Shown here in pieces: positions 42,049-43,099 of a DNA stretch of 43,099 nt. The DNA lies in NCBI GenBank assembly GCA_003558085.1, contig PWMT01000055.1, forward strand, positions 1 through 43,099. The letters are read 5' to 3'. Position 1 is the stretch's first letter, and the number at the start of each line of letters is the position of its first letter. Source of the DNA: Methanobacteriaceae archaeon. GTDB taxonomy: Archaea; Methanobacteriota; Methanobacteria; Methanobacteriales; Methanobacteriaceae. The notes under the pieces are model-generated. The model saw nothing but the letters and a program-made list of their open reading frames with translations. It had not been told where the DNA came from and searched no databases. The position numbers and the translations under genes are program-made.

Positions 42049-42873
42049 ATGACCATTAAAGTATATGCGATCTCCCAGTATCTCTATTGCCCCTATAAAT
42101 TATGCTTAAGTCAACGTTATGATGGAGCAAAAGAAGGAATTTATGAAGTTAAAAAAGTTTCTTCAGCATACCGATTAATGAAATATTTACACCAGGATTT
42201 TGAAGATATGCTGCGATCCAATATGTGGAGAGTGGAAGTGAATATGGATGTAGATAAAATAAAAAATATGTTATTTAAAGGAGTATACAGTTTAATTGAA
42301 AATGCTCTAGCTATTATTGATTTAGATCACTATATCCCATCTCCTCTAAGACTAAAAGAAGAATGGATAAAGGCATTGCAATTAGAAATTGAGATTTTAT
42401 CCCTTAGAATATTTAAAATTATGAATAACACTAACAAGTCCGGGCGAGAAATAATGGAAATGATTCTACCCCCTGCTCTCTATAGCTATTTGATTTATGA
42501 TAAATGTTTGGATCTATCTGGAATTGTAGATAAAATAGAAATAATTGATGGAAAGTACTTTCCAGTAAAAATTAAATACGGAAGTCCTCCTTTAAGAGGT
42601 GTTTGGGAATCCGATGCTTTGGAAATGGTAGCATACTCGCTTTTAACTGAAAAAGAATTTGAAATAGATGTAAATGTAAGTTTTGTAGAATATGTGCAGC
42701 TAGGAGATAAAAGACCAGTGATAATAGATTCTGAAATAAGGGCGATTTTTTTTAAGTTGATGGATCAAGTAAGAAAAATAATATATGATCATGAATACCC
42801 AGAGATAGTACAAAATCTGAATAAATGTAAGGTTTGTGAATACCGCACCCTATGTGAACACCGCGGCTATTAA
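42049..42873 (+). CDS. cas4: Solo Cas4/Dna2-like PD-(D/E)xK protein with four Fe-S cysteines
   Basis: QYLYCP at the N-terminus, LSGIVDKI, P..GVW..D, AY and C-terminal CKVCEYRTLC. No other cas gene or array in the window. Confidence 0.82.
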   Translation: MTIKVYAISQYLYCPYKLCLSQRYDGAKEGIYEVKKVSSAYRLMKYLHQDFEDMLRSNMWRVEVNMDVDKIKNMLFKGVYSLIENALAIIDLDHYIPSPLRLKEEWIKALQLEIEILSLRIFKIMNNTNKSGREIMEMILPPALYSYLIYDKCLDLSGIVDKIEIIDGKYFPVKIKYGSPPLRGVWESDALEMVAYSLLTEKEFEIDVNVSFVEYVQLGDKRPVIIDSEIRAIFFKLMDQVRKIIYDHEYPEIVQNLNKCKVCEYRTLCEHRGY

Positions 42874-43028
42874 CTAATTAATATAATAATTTTTAAATAA
42901 GATTTGAAGACCTAAATTTATAGCCATAACCTTTCTAATTAGGATATAAAACTTAATTATTTTAATCTACACATACCAAAATATAAAACCTAAAAAGCAT
43001 AAAATAATATCAATATATCGGTGATAAA

Positions 43029-43099
43029 ATGAGCCAAGAAGAACTGTTAAAAAAATGTCAAGATATGGATGATCCAAGTGTAATGGGTGCATGTAGAGT
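43029..43099 (+). CDS. Hypothetical protein, 3'-truncated by window edge
   Basis: SD GGTGAT then ATG, with the open frame MSQEELLKKCQDMDDPSVMGACR to the window end. Confidence 0.7.
   Translation, partial: MSQEELLKKCQDMDDPSVMGACR

Noticed and set aside
42874-43028. CRISPR array or leader next to cas4
   Set aside because: No regularly spaced direct repeats here or anywhere else in the window.

Overview
AT-rich archaeal chromosomal window from a hydrogenotrophic methanogen of the order Methanobacteriales (Methanobacterium-like). The gene content supports this: mptA, cofG, comCDE, a split family-B DNA polymerase, nop5/fibrillarin and an Rnl3 RNA ligase. From memory, the gene order resembles the Methanothermobacter thermautotrophicus MTH1193-MTH1233 region, which I have not verified here. 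It is mostly core genome: cofactor, purine, pyrimidine, CoA and archaeosine biosynthesis, proteasome beta subunit, FttA, RNA modification, a five-gene CBS cluster and a solo Cas4. I see no rRNA, tRNA, CRISPR array or IS element. Most notable observations: (1) pheA and a DUF429 gene have conserved N-termini that can only be reached from an ATT codon behind a well-placed Shine-Dalgarno site. (2) The queD-queE leader has a 5'-terminal hairpin, a possible pseudoknot and a U-tract, resembling a riboswitch or attenuator. (3) A structured, promoter-bearing candidate small RNA lies just after fibrillarin. (4) The RNA ligase carries an extra N-terminal zinc ribbon and follows the CBS cluster. (5) A GerW/YtfJ-DUF2953 operon includes a degenerate GerW paralog. 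All calls rest on motif reading only, with no searches run.
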